NCBI GenBank assembly: GCA_030668875.1
Contig: DAOVER010000007.1
Span: 30,001-62,000, forward strand
Source of the DNA: Candidatus Heimdallarchaeota archaeon
GTDB taxonomy: Archaea > Asgardarchaeota > Heimdallarchaeia > Heimdallarchaeales > Heimdallarchaeaceae
Direction: 5' to 3'
DNA: 32,000 nucleotides
Shown: positions 1-8,822 of the stretch, piece by piece
Layout: every line of letters begins with the position of its first letter
How positions within the stretch are numbered: position 1 is the first letter of the stretch
Made by a program: the position numbers and the translations under genes
Notes under the pieces: generated by a model
Told to the model about the DNA's origin: nothing
What the model saw: only the letters and a program-made list of their open reading frames with translations
The model's database searches: none

Positions 1-1
1 A

Positions 2-910
2 ATAGAAGAAGAGAAAGAAGAAACTATTCTCGAAAAATACCAAAAAGCTGGAGATGTTGCTAAGAGTGTTTTGCAACATGTAAAAGGAATGGCTAAACCA
101 GGTGTTAAAGCTCTTGACTTATGTGAAACTGCAGATAGACTTATAGAAGAAGCAGGGATGAAAACTGCTTTTCCACTAAATGTATCTGTTAATAATCATT
201 GTGCACATTATACCTGTCCTTGGGAAGACGACCTTGTTCTAAAGGAAGGAGATGTTGTAAAGCTTGATTGTGGGGTGCATTATGAAGGTTATATAGCAGA
301 CACTGCATTAACTGTAGCTTTTGATGATCTTCACAACGACCTGATTAAAGCCAGTAAGGAAGCAACAGACACAGCTGTTAAAGTGATTCGTGTTGGTGGA
401 TATACTGGAAAATTGGGTGATTTGATAGAAAGTATCATTGAAGGATATGGATTTACAACAATTAAAGATCTATCTGGTCACATGCTGATGCAATACAGAG
501 TCCATGGACCAAAAACCATTCCAAATGTTGCAGGAAGGAAAGGTAATCTTATACTACAAGATGAAGCATTTGCAATAGAAACATTCGCTTCAACTGGAGC
601 TGGAGAATCTGGTCAAGATAAAAATAAATTGTATATTGTACGTCTAGCAGATGGAAGGTTTCCTCTCAGAACAGACGCAGCAAAGCAAATTCGAAGACTT
701 CTTGATAAGGAATATAACCGCTTACCCGTATCTACCAGATGGATCTATAAGCATGTGGGTGTCGCAAAAGCTAAGATGGGTTTGAGGGAATTAAAGCAAG
801 TGGGTGCATTGTATCAATATCATGTTTTATCTGATGTTGCAGGATCGTTCGTTTCTCAACATGAACACTCCGTTTATATGACACCTGAAGGACCAGTTCG
901 TACTACATGA
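2..910 (+). CDS. map: Methionine aminopeptidase type II (archaeal/eukaryotic type), 5'-truncated by window edge
   Basis: Frame is open from position 2 (IEEEKEETILEKYQKAGDVAKSV...), so the true start is upstream of the window. Motifs CAHY, KLDCGVH..GYIADTA, LSGH, FAIETF and QHEHS supply the D,D,H,E,E metal ligands; the type II helical insertion is present. Confidence 0.95.
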   Translation: MEEEKEETILEKYQKAGDVAKSVLQHVKGMAKPGVKALDLCETADRLIEEAGMKTAFPLNVSVNNHCAHYTCPWEDDLVLKEGDVVKLDCGVHYEGYIADTALTVAFDDLHNDLIKASKEATDTAVKVIRVGGYTGKLGDLIESIIEGYGFTTIKDLSGHMLMQYRVHGPKTIPNVAGRKGNLILQDEAFAIETFASTGAGESGQDKNKLYIVRLADGRFPLRTDAAKQIRRLLDKEYNRLPVSTRWIYKHVGVAKAKMGLRELKQVGALYQYHVLSDVAGSFVSQHEHSVYMTPEGPVRTT

Positions 911-926
911 TAATCCTTCAAATTAA

Positions 927-943
927 CTTTCTTTTCTTTCTTT
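927..943 (+). terminator. U-rich archaeal-type terminator candidate after map
   Basis: CTTTCTTTTCTTTCTTT tract 16 nt after the map stop codon. Confidence 0.45.
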
Positions 944-1022
944 ATCTTAGAAGCATGGTTATTTGATATTTCACTGATGTTAACCTAAAACATTTTTAAA
1001 CATTGTAGATTTCTTGATACAT

Positions 1023-2510
1023 ATGAATTTAATCCTCAGCATTGATCAAGGGACAACAGGAACACGGTCAATTCTATTTAATTCTAAAGGAGAAGAAGTA
1101 GCAAAATCATATGAGGAACATAAGCAAATCTTCCCTTCTCCTGGATTGGTAGAACATGACCCCTCCGAGATTTGGCTGAAAACATTGAAAACAATTAGAG
1201 ATACAGTTAATGTTGCAAAAATAGAATTTTCGGAAGTTTCAGGAATTGGTATAACTAATCAAAGAGAAACAATCGTTGCTTGGGATAAGAATACAGGGAT
1301 TCCCCTGCACAATGCTATAGTTTGGCAATGTAGAAGAACTGCAGGAATATGTGAGGATCTAAAAAGCTCAGGTTATGCTGAAATCTTCAAGAAGAAAACA
1401 GGATTAGTGTTGGATCCTTACTTCTCTGGAACAAAGATAAAATGGTTATTAGAGAATTCAGAAAAAATACAATGCAAACTAGCTGATGACTCACTAGCAG
1501 TTGGAACAATTGACAGCTGGTTGATCTATAATTTAACTGGTAATCATTTTACTGATTATTCAAATGCTTCCAGAACTCTTCTTTTTAATATACAAACTGG
1601 AACTTGGGATGACGAATTACTCGAAATCTTACAAATTCCTAAACACATACTTCCAGAGGTTCGTCCAAGTAGCGATAAAGAAACCTACGGTGATGTAGGC
1701 TCACTATTCAACCACCCCATACCCGTTGCTGGAAATGCAGGAGATCAACAAGCGGCTCTTTTCGGACAATATTGCTTTGATCAAGGAGAAGTGAAAAATA
1801 CTTATGGGACTGGGAATTTTATGCTGATGAATACAGGTGAAGATATCGTTCATTCTAATAATGGTCTTCTTACTACCATTGCATGGAAATTAGACCATAC
1901 TATCACATATGCTTTGGAAGGTAGTGTCTTCATCACAGGAGCAAGCATTCAATGGTTAGAACAAGGATTAGGTGTATTGGAGGACAAATCAGAACTTATA
2001 GATATAATGAATAATCAACCAACTACTGAAGGAGTGTATTTTGTTCCAGCTTTTGTGGGTTTGGGAGCTCCTGACTGGGATCCTTATGCTAGAGGAATAA
2101 TTGTTGGTCTTACTAGAGGATCTACACGAGAGCATATTATCAGAGCAGCTTTAGAATCCATATGTTATCAATCTGAGGATGTTTTCAAAGCAATGAGCAT
2201 AGATTCTGGTGTAGATATTTCAATACTTAGAGTTGATGGGGGAGTTACAAAATGCTCTCCACTACTACAGTTTCAAGCAGATATCTCAAACGTTAAAGTT
2301 CAAAAACCAGTAACTACTGAAACAACTGCGCTTGGTGCTGCATATCTAGCTGGTTTAGCTGTAGGTTATTGGAAAAACTTAGAAGACATTAAACGAAATT
2401 TCTTGATTGAGCAAGAGTTTTTTTCTTCAATGGAATCAGAGAAAAGAGAAGCGCTATTAAGTAACTGGAAAAAAGCTAAAAGAAGATCAAAAAATTGGAT
2501 AGAAAATTGA
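1023..2510 (+). CDS. glpK: Glycerol kinase
   Basis: DQGTTG, TNQRET, WQCRRT, DPYFSGTK, TDYSNASRT, GDQQAALFGQ, KNTYGTG, YALEG, GLGAP.WD, RVDGG. ATG at 1023 preferred over TTG at 1014. Confidence 0.97.
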   Translation: MNLILSIDQGTTGTRSILFNSKGEEVAKSYEEHKQIFPSPGLVEHDPSEIWLKTLKTIRDTVNVAKIEFSEVSGIGITNQRETIVAWDKNTGIPLHNAIVWQCRRTAGICEDLKSSGYAEIFKKKTGLVLDPYFSGTKIKWLLENSEKIQCKLADDSLAVGTIDSWLIYNLTGNHFTDYSNASRTLLFNIQTGTWDDELLEILQIPKHILPEVRPSSDKETYGDVGSLFNHPIPVAGNAGDQQAALFGQYCFDQGEVKNTYGTGNFMLMNTGEDIVHSNNGLLTTIAWKLDHTITYALEGSVFITGASIQWLEQGLGVLEDKSELIDIMNNQPTTEGVYFVPAFVGLGAPDWDPYARGIIVGLTRGSTREHIIRAALESICYQSEDVFKAMSIDSGVDISILRVDGGVTKCSPLLQFQADISNVKVQKPVTTETTALGAAYLAGLAVGYWKNLEDIKRNFLIEQEFFSSMESEKREALLSNWKKAKRRSKNWIEN

Positions 2511-3095
2511 TTATTTCACCATTTATTTCAATAAATCATCTTCTAATCGTAATATGTTTCACTTATAACACAAAATAATTGTATAAGTAACTTTTATACT
2601 ATCTTTTACACTAAAAATATAATAGATACTTGTCTAGTATATTAACTATGTACTATCTTCTTTCTTTCAATTGTTTTACTAAATTTAATTAGATTTTCTT
2701 TTAGCTTTATTTTTCTTCCTTTAATACTTAAATATGTCTAGTTGTGCGATATTATTACTAGGGAAATAAATACACAGCTACACGGGCAGAAGTCTGAAAG
2801 TAGACTCACTAATTGTCCAAACACGATATGCATTACATGATTGTTCTTCCTGTTTCTTGTTTTATAGTGTGATTTTCTATTCTAGTAACTTGTTTATGAT
2901 ATATTGAATCATTCATCTTAGTGACTAAATTCACAATCACCCAAATGAATAGAATCTTAACCTAACTAAATTATCTTTAGAACAAAAAAATAGTTTTTCA
3001 ATGAAACAGAAACTTTGTTTGATTAACGTATTACAAAACATTTTTTTAGTGTAATTGTATCTCTTAACATCGAGACTTGAGAATGGGGTAAACGA

Positions 3096-3479
3096 TTGAC
3101 AACTTTACATGATTATATAGGGGAAAACGAAAAAAAGCTTGAAGCTGAGAGAAAAAGAGAGGCGAAATTGCACAACGAGATTTTAGAGCAAATTCAACGT
3201 CAAAAGAAGCAAGACGTTAATTTTACAGGTTTTGAAGGCAAATTAAGTGAATTGATATCTGGAATAAGAACAATTCCAAACTATGGCAATCTGAAGGGGT
3301 ATATCAGAGAAAAAATTCTACCAAAGAATCCAAACATAAATTATAAGAAACTGTCAGTTCTTGCAGGAGTACATCAAGGAGTTGCTTTAGTTATCTTGTA
3401 CGACCTCTACAATGATAAATTAGAAGCAGAATTTAATGATCTCCAAGATCCTTCGTTAGATTATCATTACCGAGATTAA
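3096..3479 (+). CDS. Hypothetical protein: N-terminal coiled coil, possible C-terminal helix-turn-helix
   Basis: 127-aa ORF, TTG start preceded by GGGGTA. Charged N-terminal helix; segment INYKKLSVLAGVHQGVALVILYDL has HTH-like spacing. Confidence 0.6.
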   Translation: MTTLHDYIGENEKKLEAERKREAKLHNEILEQIQRQKKQDVNFTGFEGKLSELISGIRTIPNYGNLKGYIREKILPKNPNINYKKLSVLAGVHQGVALVILYDLYNDKLEAEFNDLQDPSLDYHYRD

Positions 3480-3491
3480 ATCTGACAAAAT

Positions 3492-4196
3492 TCAGAGACC
3501 TTTGTCTAATCTTAAACTCAAAGATTTAGGAAGGTTTAATTCTTTCATTTTTTCTTGAACTGGTTTATGGTCATATTTCACTTGAACCATCGTTACATTG
3601 AGAGGAGTTGTGTTTACAATACTATAATATGCTCCAGGTTTACCATTTCTTGGCTGTCCCACAGATCCAGGATTGAGGACATGGAATTTTTTATATCTGT
3701 CTTTAATTGGAATGTGAGTATGACCTACAAAAAGCATGTCAGTCATAGTCTTCTCAGAAGCTTCCTTGAGCATATTTTTCCATTCACTTCCACTAGGGGC
3801 GTCAAAATAATCAAATGTTTGAAACGGTGATCCATGAACAAGATATATTTTCTTTCCATTTCTTTCTATTATTTTCTTACGAGGTAGTTTTGATAACCAA
3901 ATTAGGTTGTTTTTTTTAAGAAATTTCTTGGTCCAGATAATCATTTCATACGCTATAGGGTTAAAATAGAAGGCTGGTTCGTCTCCTACAACTCCTGCAT
4001 CGTGATTACCGTACATACTTATTGAACATTTTTCTCTAACAAGATCAACACACTCATTCGGGAAAGGATAGTAACCAACAATGTCTCCTAAACAGATGAT
4101 TTCATCAATATTTCGACGTTTTTCAATATCTTTTAGAACAGCTTCTAATCCATAAATGTTAGAATGTATGTCGGAAATAACTGCTATTCTTACCAA
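3492..4196 (-). CDS. Calcineurin-like metallophosphoesterase (YfcE/ApaH-like superfamily)
   Basis: SDIH, GDIVGY, GNHD, HG, GHTH and NPGSVG motifs; TTG start with AGGTGG RBS. Confidence 0.9.
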   Translation of the reverse strand: MVRIAVISDIHSNIYGLEAVLKDIEKRRNIDEIICLGDIVGYYPFPNECVDLVREKCSISMYGNHDAGVVGDEPAFYFNPIAYEMIIWTKKFLKKNNLIWLSKLPRKKIIERNGKKIYLVHGSPFQTFDYFDAPSGSEWKNMLKEASEKTMTDMLFVGHTHIPIKDRYKKFHVLNPGSVGQPRNGKPGAYYSIVNTTPLNVTMVQVKYDHKPVQEKMKELNLPKSLSLRLDKGL

Positions 4197-4339
4197 ATAA
4201 GTCCACCTAGACGATTATTGTTCAGCCCTTAACCTTAAGTTAGTATTATATATTTGAAATTTGTTATACGTAAATGAATCTTGTTATCAAAAGAGCTAAA
4301 GTTAGTAAGACTTTTCAAGTTGCTATTATCTGTCTTCTC

Positions 4340-5260
4340 ATGAGTATTGAAACCTTCATTGGTTCCATTGAGATTAGAAACCCTCTTATGCTTGCTTCAG
4401 GAGTATTAGGAACTACATACTCAACTCTTCAACGAGCATATAAAGCAGGTTTAGGAGCAGTTATAACAAAAAGTATAGGACCACGTTCAAGAAGTGGAAA
4501 TCCCAATCCAAGTGTGTTTGCATTACATGAAATTAGAAGCTTGATTAATTCTGTAGGGTTGGCAAATCCTGGATATCAAACATTTAGACAAGATATTGAA
4601 CAATTAGTAAAAAGTGAGACTCCAACAGTAGTTTCTATCTTCGGAGAAAATCAAACCGAATTCTCAGAAGTACTTGATGGGTTAAAAGACCTTAACATCC
4701 TGGGGTTTGAATTAAATTTAAGTTGTCCAAATACTGAGAAAGGAGGGTCACAAATAGGGACCGATACTGAAGCAGTATATAGCATTGTAAAAGCATTGAA
4801 ATCCAAAACTAATCTTCCCCTATGGGTTAAATTAACTCCTAATGTTAGTGATATAATAGAAATTGCAGATGCAGCTGTTAAAGGAGGGTGTGATGCTATC
4901 GTTGCAATTAATACTCTAAAAGCCATGGTTATAGATATTCAAACCAAACAACCCATTCTAGGTTTCAAAAGAGGAGGATTGTCAGGTTCAGCAATAAAAC
5001 CGATAGGCATTCGTTATATTTATGATCTTTATGAAAACTTCAGAGAAAAAATTCCTCTAATTGGTGTAGGTGGGATTTACAAAGGAGAAGATGTTGTAGA
5101 ATATCTCCTAGCTGGAGCTACAGCTGTTGAAATAGGGTCTGCAATTGGTGTTGCTTATCCTGAAAACATTATAAGAACTATAACGATGAAGATTAAGAAA
5201 TACATGAAAGAACACGACTATTCATCTATTGGAGAAATTACAGGAGGAGCTCACAGATGA
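4340..5260 (+). CDS. pyrD: Dihydroorotate dehydrogenase family 1B, catalytic subunit
   Basis: NPLMLASG, NSVGLANPG, ELNLSCPN (catalytic Cys), KLTPN, INT, GGLSG, GVGGI; adjacent pyrK. ATG at 4340 matches the usual N-terminus (ORF track starts at 4274). Confidence 0.96.
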   Translation: MSIETFIGSIEIRNPLMLASGVLGTTYSTLQRAYKAGLGAVITKSIGPRSRSGNPNPSVFALHEIRSLINSVGLANPGYQTFRQDIEQLVKSETPTVVSIFGENQTEFSEVLDGLKDLNILGFELNLSCPNTEKGGSQIGTDTEAVYSIVKALKSKTNLPLWVKLTPNVSDIIEIADAAVKGGCDAIVAINTLKAMVIDIQTKQPILGFKRGGLSGSAIKPIGIRYIYDLYENFREKIPLIGVGGIYKGEDVVEYLLAGATAVEIGSAIGVAYPENIIRTITMKIKKYMKEHDYSSIGEITGGAHR

Positions 5261-6114
5261 TAAAACAAACATTACCCAACACAAAACCAATTATGTGCAA
5301 AATTGTTGATAAAGAAGAAGAATGTGAAGATACTTACACATTTCTGCTTGAGGTTCCAGTAGAAGTAAAAAGTGCAAAACCAGGTCAATTCATTATGTTG
5401 TGGGTACCAGGAGTTGACGAATTTCCCATAGGAATAGCAGGTTTTGAGAATAATATATTGGAAATAGGTATTGCTAAAATGGGTGAGGGAACCGAAGCAC
5501 TACTTAAGAAGGAAATAGGTGACTATTTAGGTATTAGAGGTTTTTATGGAAAGCCATTCAAAACTCCAAAAAAAGTGAAAGTCAATCACCTGTTAATTGG
5601 GGGTGGTTTTGGGATGACACCGTTAAAGCTGCTTACAACCAATCTAATCCATCAAGAAGAAAAACAAGAAATTCATGTATTTGAAGGAGCAAGAAACAAA
5701 AGTAGGTTAATGTATCTGAAATGGTTTCAACATCTGCATGATGAGGGAAAACTCATTTTTCATGCATGTACTGATGATGGTTCATATGGGTATAAAGGGT
5801 TTCCAACTGTTGACCTGGAGAAATTTCTTCAAGAAGTTGAAGGTCCTTCAATCTTCTATGTAGCAGGACCAGAACGTATGATGAAAGCTATATTTGATAT
5901 TGGTAAAAAATATGATAAAGTCATAGACATGCAAATGAGTCTTGCTGATAGATATATGCGATGCGGTTTTGGTGTATGTAGCTATTGTGCAGTGGATCCA
6001 ACAGGATGGCGAATCTGTGTTGATGGACCAATTTTCAATACGAAACAGCTGGAACAGATAACTGATTTTGGCGTGTATAAAAGGTTAGAGACTGGAGAAA
6101 AAGAGAGGATTTGA
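5257..6114 (+). CDS. pyrK: Dihydroorotate dehydrogenase electron-transfer subunit (FAD, 2Fe-2S)
   Basis: PGQFIMLW, GGGFG, MRCGFGVCSYC...CVDGPIF; ATGA overlap with pyrD. Confidence 0.93.
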   Translation: MIKQTLPNTKPIMCKIVDKEEECEDTYTFLLEVPVEVKSAKPGQFIMLWVPGVDEFPIGIAGFENNILEIGIAKMGEGTEALLKKEIGDYLGIRGFYGKPFKTPKKVKVNHLLIGGGFGMTPLKLLTTNLIHQEEKQEIHVFEGARNKSRLMYLKWFQHLHDEGKLIFHACTDDGSYGYKGFPTVDLEKFLQEVEGPSIFYVAGPERMMKAIFDIGKKYDKVIDMQMSLADRYMRCGFGVCSYCAVDPTGWRICVDGPIFNTKQLEQITDFGVYKRLETGEKERI

Positions 6115-6117
6115 CCA

Positions 6118-7344
6118 ATGGTAATATTTTCAAATCTTAGGGTATGGGATATAGAAAAAAGAGAATTTGTGCACCAAGATTTAGATTTTCAAAAAGATGA
6201 ATCAGCAATAAATTTTTCTAACACTGAAATAGATGCATCTGAATTAATAGCTCTCCCTCCTTTGGTTGATATACATGTTCATTTTCGTGAACCAGGCTAT
6301 GAGCATAAGGAAAACATCCTTTCTGGAGCAAAAGCGGCACTCTCTAGCGGAATTTTCACTGTTCTAGATATGCCAAATACAAACCCTATTACAGATTCAG
6401 TAAACACAATTTTGCAGAAAAAAGAATTAGCAGAAAAACAACATTATGTGAAATTACTTGTTGCTTCGGCTTTAACAGAAAGAAATTATAATGAATTGGA
6501 TGAGATTAATGTTCATGCAGATGCGTATAAGGTGTTTATGTCAGAATCCTTCGGTAATCTTTCTGTTAGCTATGAGACAATTGAAAATAGTTTAGCAAAA
6601 TTGGAAAGTATTGAATCGAGTAAACCGATTTTCTTCCATGCTGAAGACCCTAAAATTCTTGAGAATAGCAAATCATATAGTAGTCATAATAAAAGAAGAC
6701 CTCCTGAAGCAGAAGCCATTGCAATTCAGCAAGTGCTATCTTGGGCTCTTGATTTTCCTAAATTGAAATTCCATATAACTCATATTAGTAGCGGTTTATC
6801 ATTGAGAATTTTAGAACTGTCTAAACATGAAAACGTAACTTTGGATACTTGCCCTAGATACATTTACTTTGACCAAACCTCAGAGCTTGAAGACAAATTG
6901 AAGCAAGTTAATCCCCCTCTTAGAAACCGTATCGATAGTGATCTACTTCTGAAATCATTAGCTACAGGTCTTATAGATATGGTGTGTTCAGATCATTCTC
7001 CACATACACTCGAAGAAAAGCTGGAGAAATCTATCAGTGGAATGCCAGGTGTTCAGGAACTTGTTCCATCAACACTTTCATTGATAAATAAAGGGGAAAT
7101 TGAATGGGATAGAGCAATAGAAGCTCTGTATACCTTTCCTTCTTCATTACTCAATCTCCCGAAAATAGAGCTAAATCAAAATATGATTATTTTGAACATG
7201 TCTGATCCGATAGAAATAACTAAAAACTGGGTGAAATCAAAGGCTAAATGGTCTCCATTTGAGAAACAGCTGTTTGTTGGTCAGATGTTTTATGCTGTTA
7301 AAGAAGGTAAAATAGTATTCGAGAATGAGAACTATATTAACTAA
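6118..7344 (+). CDS. pyrC: Dihydroorotase
   Basis: DIHVHFREPG, DMPNT, KVFM, HAED, HITH, VNPPLR, SDHSPH, WSPF; pyr operon context. Confidence 0.93.
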   Translation: MVIFSNLRVWDIEKREFVHQDLDFQKDESAINFSNTEIDASELIALPPLVDIHVHFREPGYEHKENILSGAKAALSSGIFTVLDMPNTNPITDSVNTILQKKELAEKQHYVKLLVASALTERNYNELDEINVHADAYKVFMSESFGNLSVSYETIENSLAKLESIESSKPIFFHAEDPKILENSKSYSSHNKRRPPEAEAIAIQQVLSWALDFPKLKFHITHISSGLSLRILELSKHENVTLDTCPRYIYFDQTSELEDKLKQVNPPLRNRIDSDLLLKSLATGLIDMVCSDHSPHTLEEKLEKSISGMPGVQELVPSTLSLINKGEIEWDRAIEALYTFPSSLLNLPKIELNQNMIILNMSDPIEITKNWVKSKAKWSPFEKQLFVGQMFYAVKEGKIVFENENYIN

Positions 7345-7402
7345 AATAGTACTTCTAGAGTTCAAAAACAATAATTAAAAATGGTTGATTATTTCTATAC
7401 TT

Positions 7403-8188
7403 ATGAGTGTTAGAGCGCCTGTTTTTGTTAAAAAGTATGAGGAAGTAGCTAAGAAGAAGAATAGTATTCTTAGTGTTGGTTTGGATCCAGCAATACCTCG
7501 TCAAAGAGATAAGAATGTGATACCTACAGAGGAAAGAGTAAGCTTTATGGAGAATATTATCGATCTGGTTTCTCCATATACAAGTGTAATCAAGATAAAT
7601 CGTCAATATACCTTAGGATTAACCATTGATGATATTCGTACAATTAACAGGCAAATACATTCAAAGAAAATGCTCTCCATGTCTGACCACAAACTAGGCG
7701 ACATAGGTTCTTCTAACGAATCAGCTATATTCTGGTTTAAAGAGGAAGAATTTGATGCCTTTACATTTAATCCCTATAGTGGTAATGTGCTTGAAACAAC
7801 AGAAATGGCTCATAAACTTGACTTAGGTATCATAGTGCTTACTTTGATGTCAAACCCACAAGCGATCCTACAAAAACACGCAAACGTGCAAGGAAAACCC
7901 CTGTTTCAGCATATCGCCAGTTTATGTAAAGAAGCTAATTCAGATGGATGCGTTATAGGTGCAACAGCTCATGTTGAACCATCTGATATATTAGAAATTA
8001 AGCGAATTGTTGGTGATAATACTATAGCACTAGCACCTGGTGTGGGTGCTCAAGGTGGGAGTGCTGATACGCTTCTTAAGAGCTTTAAGACAAAAACTAT
8101 GGTTAATGTAAGTAGAGGAGTAATCTATTCTCAGTCTCCAGGAGAAAAAGCGAAAGAAATACAAGAAAAGCTTAATGGGCTTTTGTGA
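7403..8188 (+). CDS. pyrF: Orotidine-5'-phosphate decarboxylase, canonical copy
   Basis: VGLDP, VIK, DHKLGDIG, GAT, PGVGAQGG and NVSR all intact. ATG at 7403 preferred over TTG at 7385. Confidence 0.93.
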   Translation: MSVRAPVFVKKYEEVAKKKNSILSVGLDPAIPRQRDKNVIPTEERVSFMENIIDLVSPYTSVIKINRQYTLGLTIDDIRTINRQIHSKKMLSMSDHKLGDIGSSNESAIFWFKEEEFDAFTFNPYSGNVLETTEMAHKLDLGIIVLTLMSNPQAILQKHANVQGKPLFQHIASLCKEANSDGCVIGATAHVEPSDILEIKRIVGDNTIALAPGVGAQGGSADTLLKSFKTKTMVNVSRGVIYSQSPGEKAKEIQEKLNGLL

Positions 8189-8210
8189 GCTTGAAAATTT
8201 CCTTTTCCCT

Positions 8211-8810
8211 TTACAAATTATTTTCTATTAATTTCTTGTCTTGTTCCGAAATATATTCTTCATCTATTTCCAAGCATAATTTGAATATTTCATTTATCGT
8301 AATAAAAGAATGAAGTTTTATATTTAGATTTTCTAATTCTTCCAATTTACTTTGACTTCGATCGATAAGTACGATCATATTATCGACTACAAAACCATTA
8401 TCTCTTAATGCTAATATTCCAGGTATTTTACTACTACCTGTAGTAATTAGATCATCTATGAGTACAACTCTTGATGCAGATGGAATACTTCCTTCAATTA
8501 TTTTTTTCAATCCGTGTTCTTTCATTTGAGGTCTAACAATAATTGAGGGGATACCTAACTTGTATCCAGCAACTGCAGAAAAAGGAATACCAGCTACTGC
8601 AACTCCAGCTAATGCATCAACCCCATGAATCTTCTTGATCATATCTATATAACAGTCAATGACGAATTCGAAAGTTTCTGGGTAGGAAGAAATCAATCTT
8701 AAATCAACATAAAACCAAGACTTCTTTCCAGATTTAAGTGTGAAATCTCCATATTTCAAAATCTTATTTTTCAAGAGATGTTCAGTTAGCTCTCTTTTCT
8801 TTACGTCCAT
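8211..8810 (-). CDS. pyrE: Orotate phosphoribosyltransferase
   Basis: FTLKSG..S.FYVDLR, AVAGIP, KEHG, VVLIDDLITTG PRPP loop. Confidence 0.95.
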   Translation of the reverse strand: MDVKKRELTEHLLKNKILKYGDFTLKSGKKSWFYVDLRLISSYPETFEFVIDCYIDMIKKIHGVDALAGVAVAGIPFSAVAGYKLGIPSIIVRPQMKEHGLKKIIEGSIPSASRVVLIDDLITTGSSKIPGILALRDNGFVVDNMIVLIDRSQSKLEELENLNIKLHSFITINEIFKLCLEIDEEYISEQDKKLIENNL

Positions 8811-8822
8811 TATTTACGCCCT

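Noticed and set aside
2640-2740. About 31-codon Lys-rich open stretch on the minus strand
   Set aside because: No start codon, bounded by stops, and the composition is what AT-rich noncoding DNA gives.
2740-2820. Fragments resembling ykkC/PRPP or c-di-GMP-I riboswitches (CTAGGG, ACACGG, GGCA..GAAA)
   Set aside because: Core conserved elements (GTTCCG, AAAAGCCCGG; GGACGCAAA) are missing, and no pur gene lies downstream.
3492-4196. Metallophosphoesterase as the missing IMP cyclohydrolase or a cluster member
   Set aside because: Generic family; only adjacency supports it, and the chemistry does not fit.
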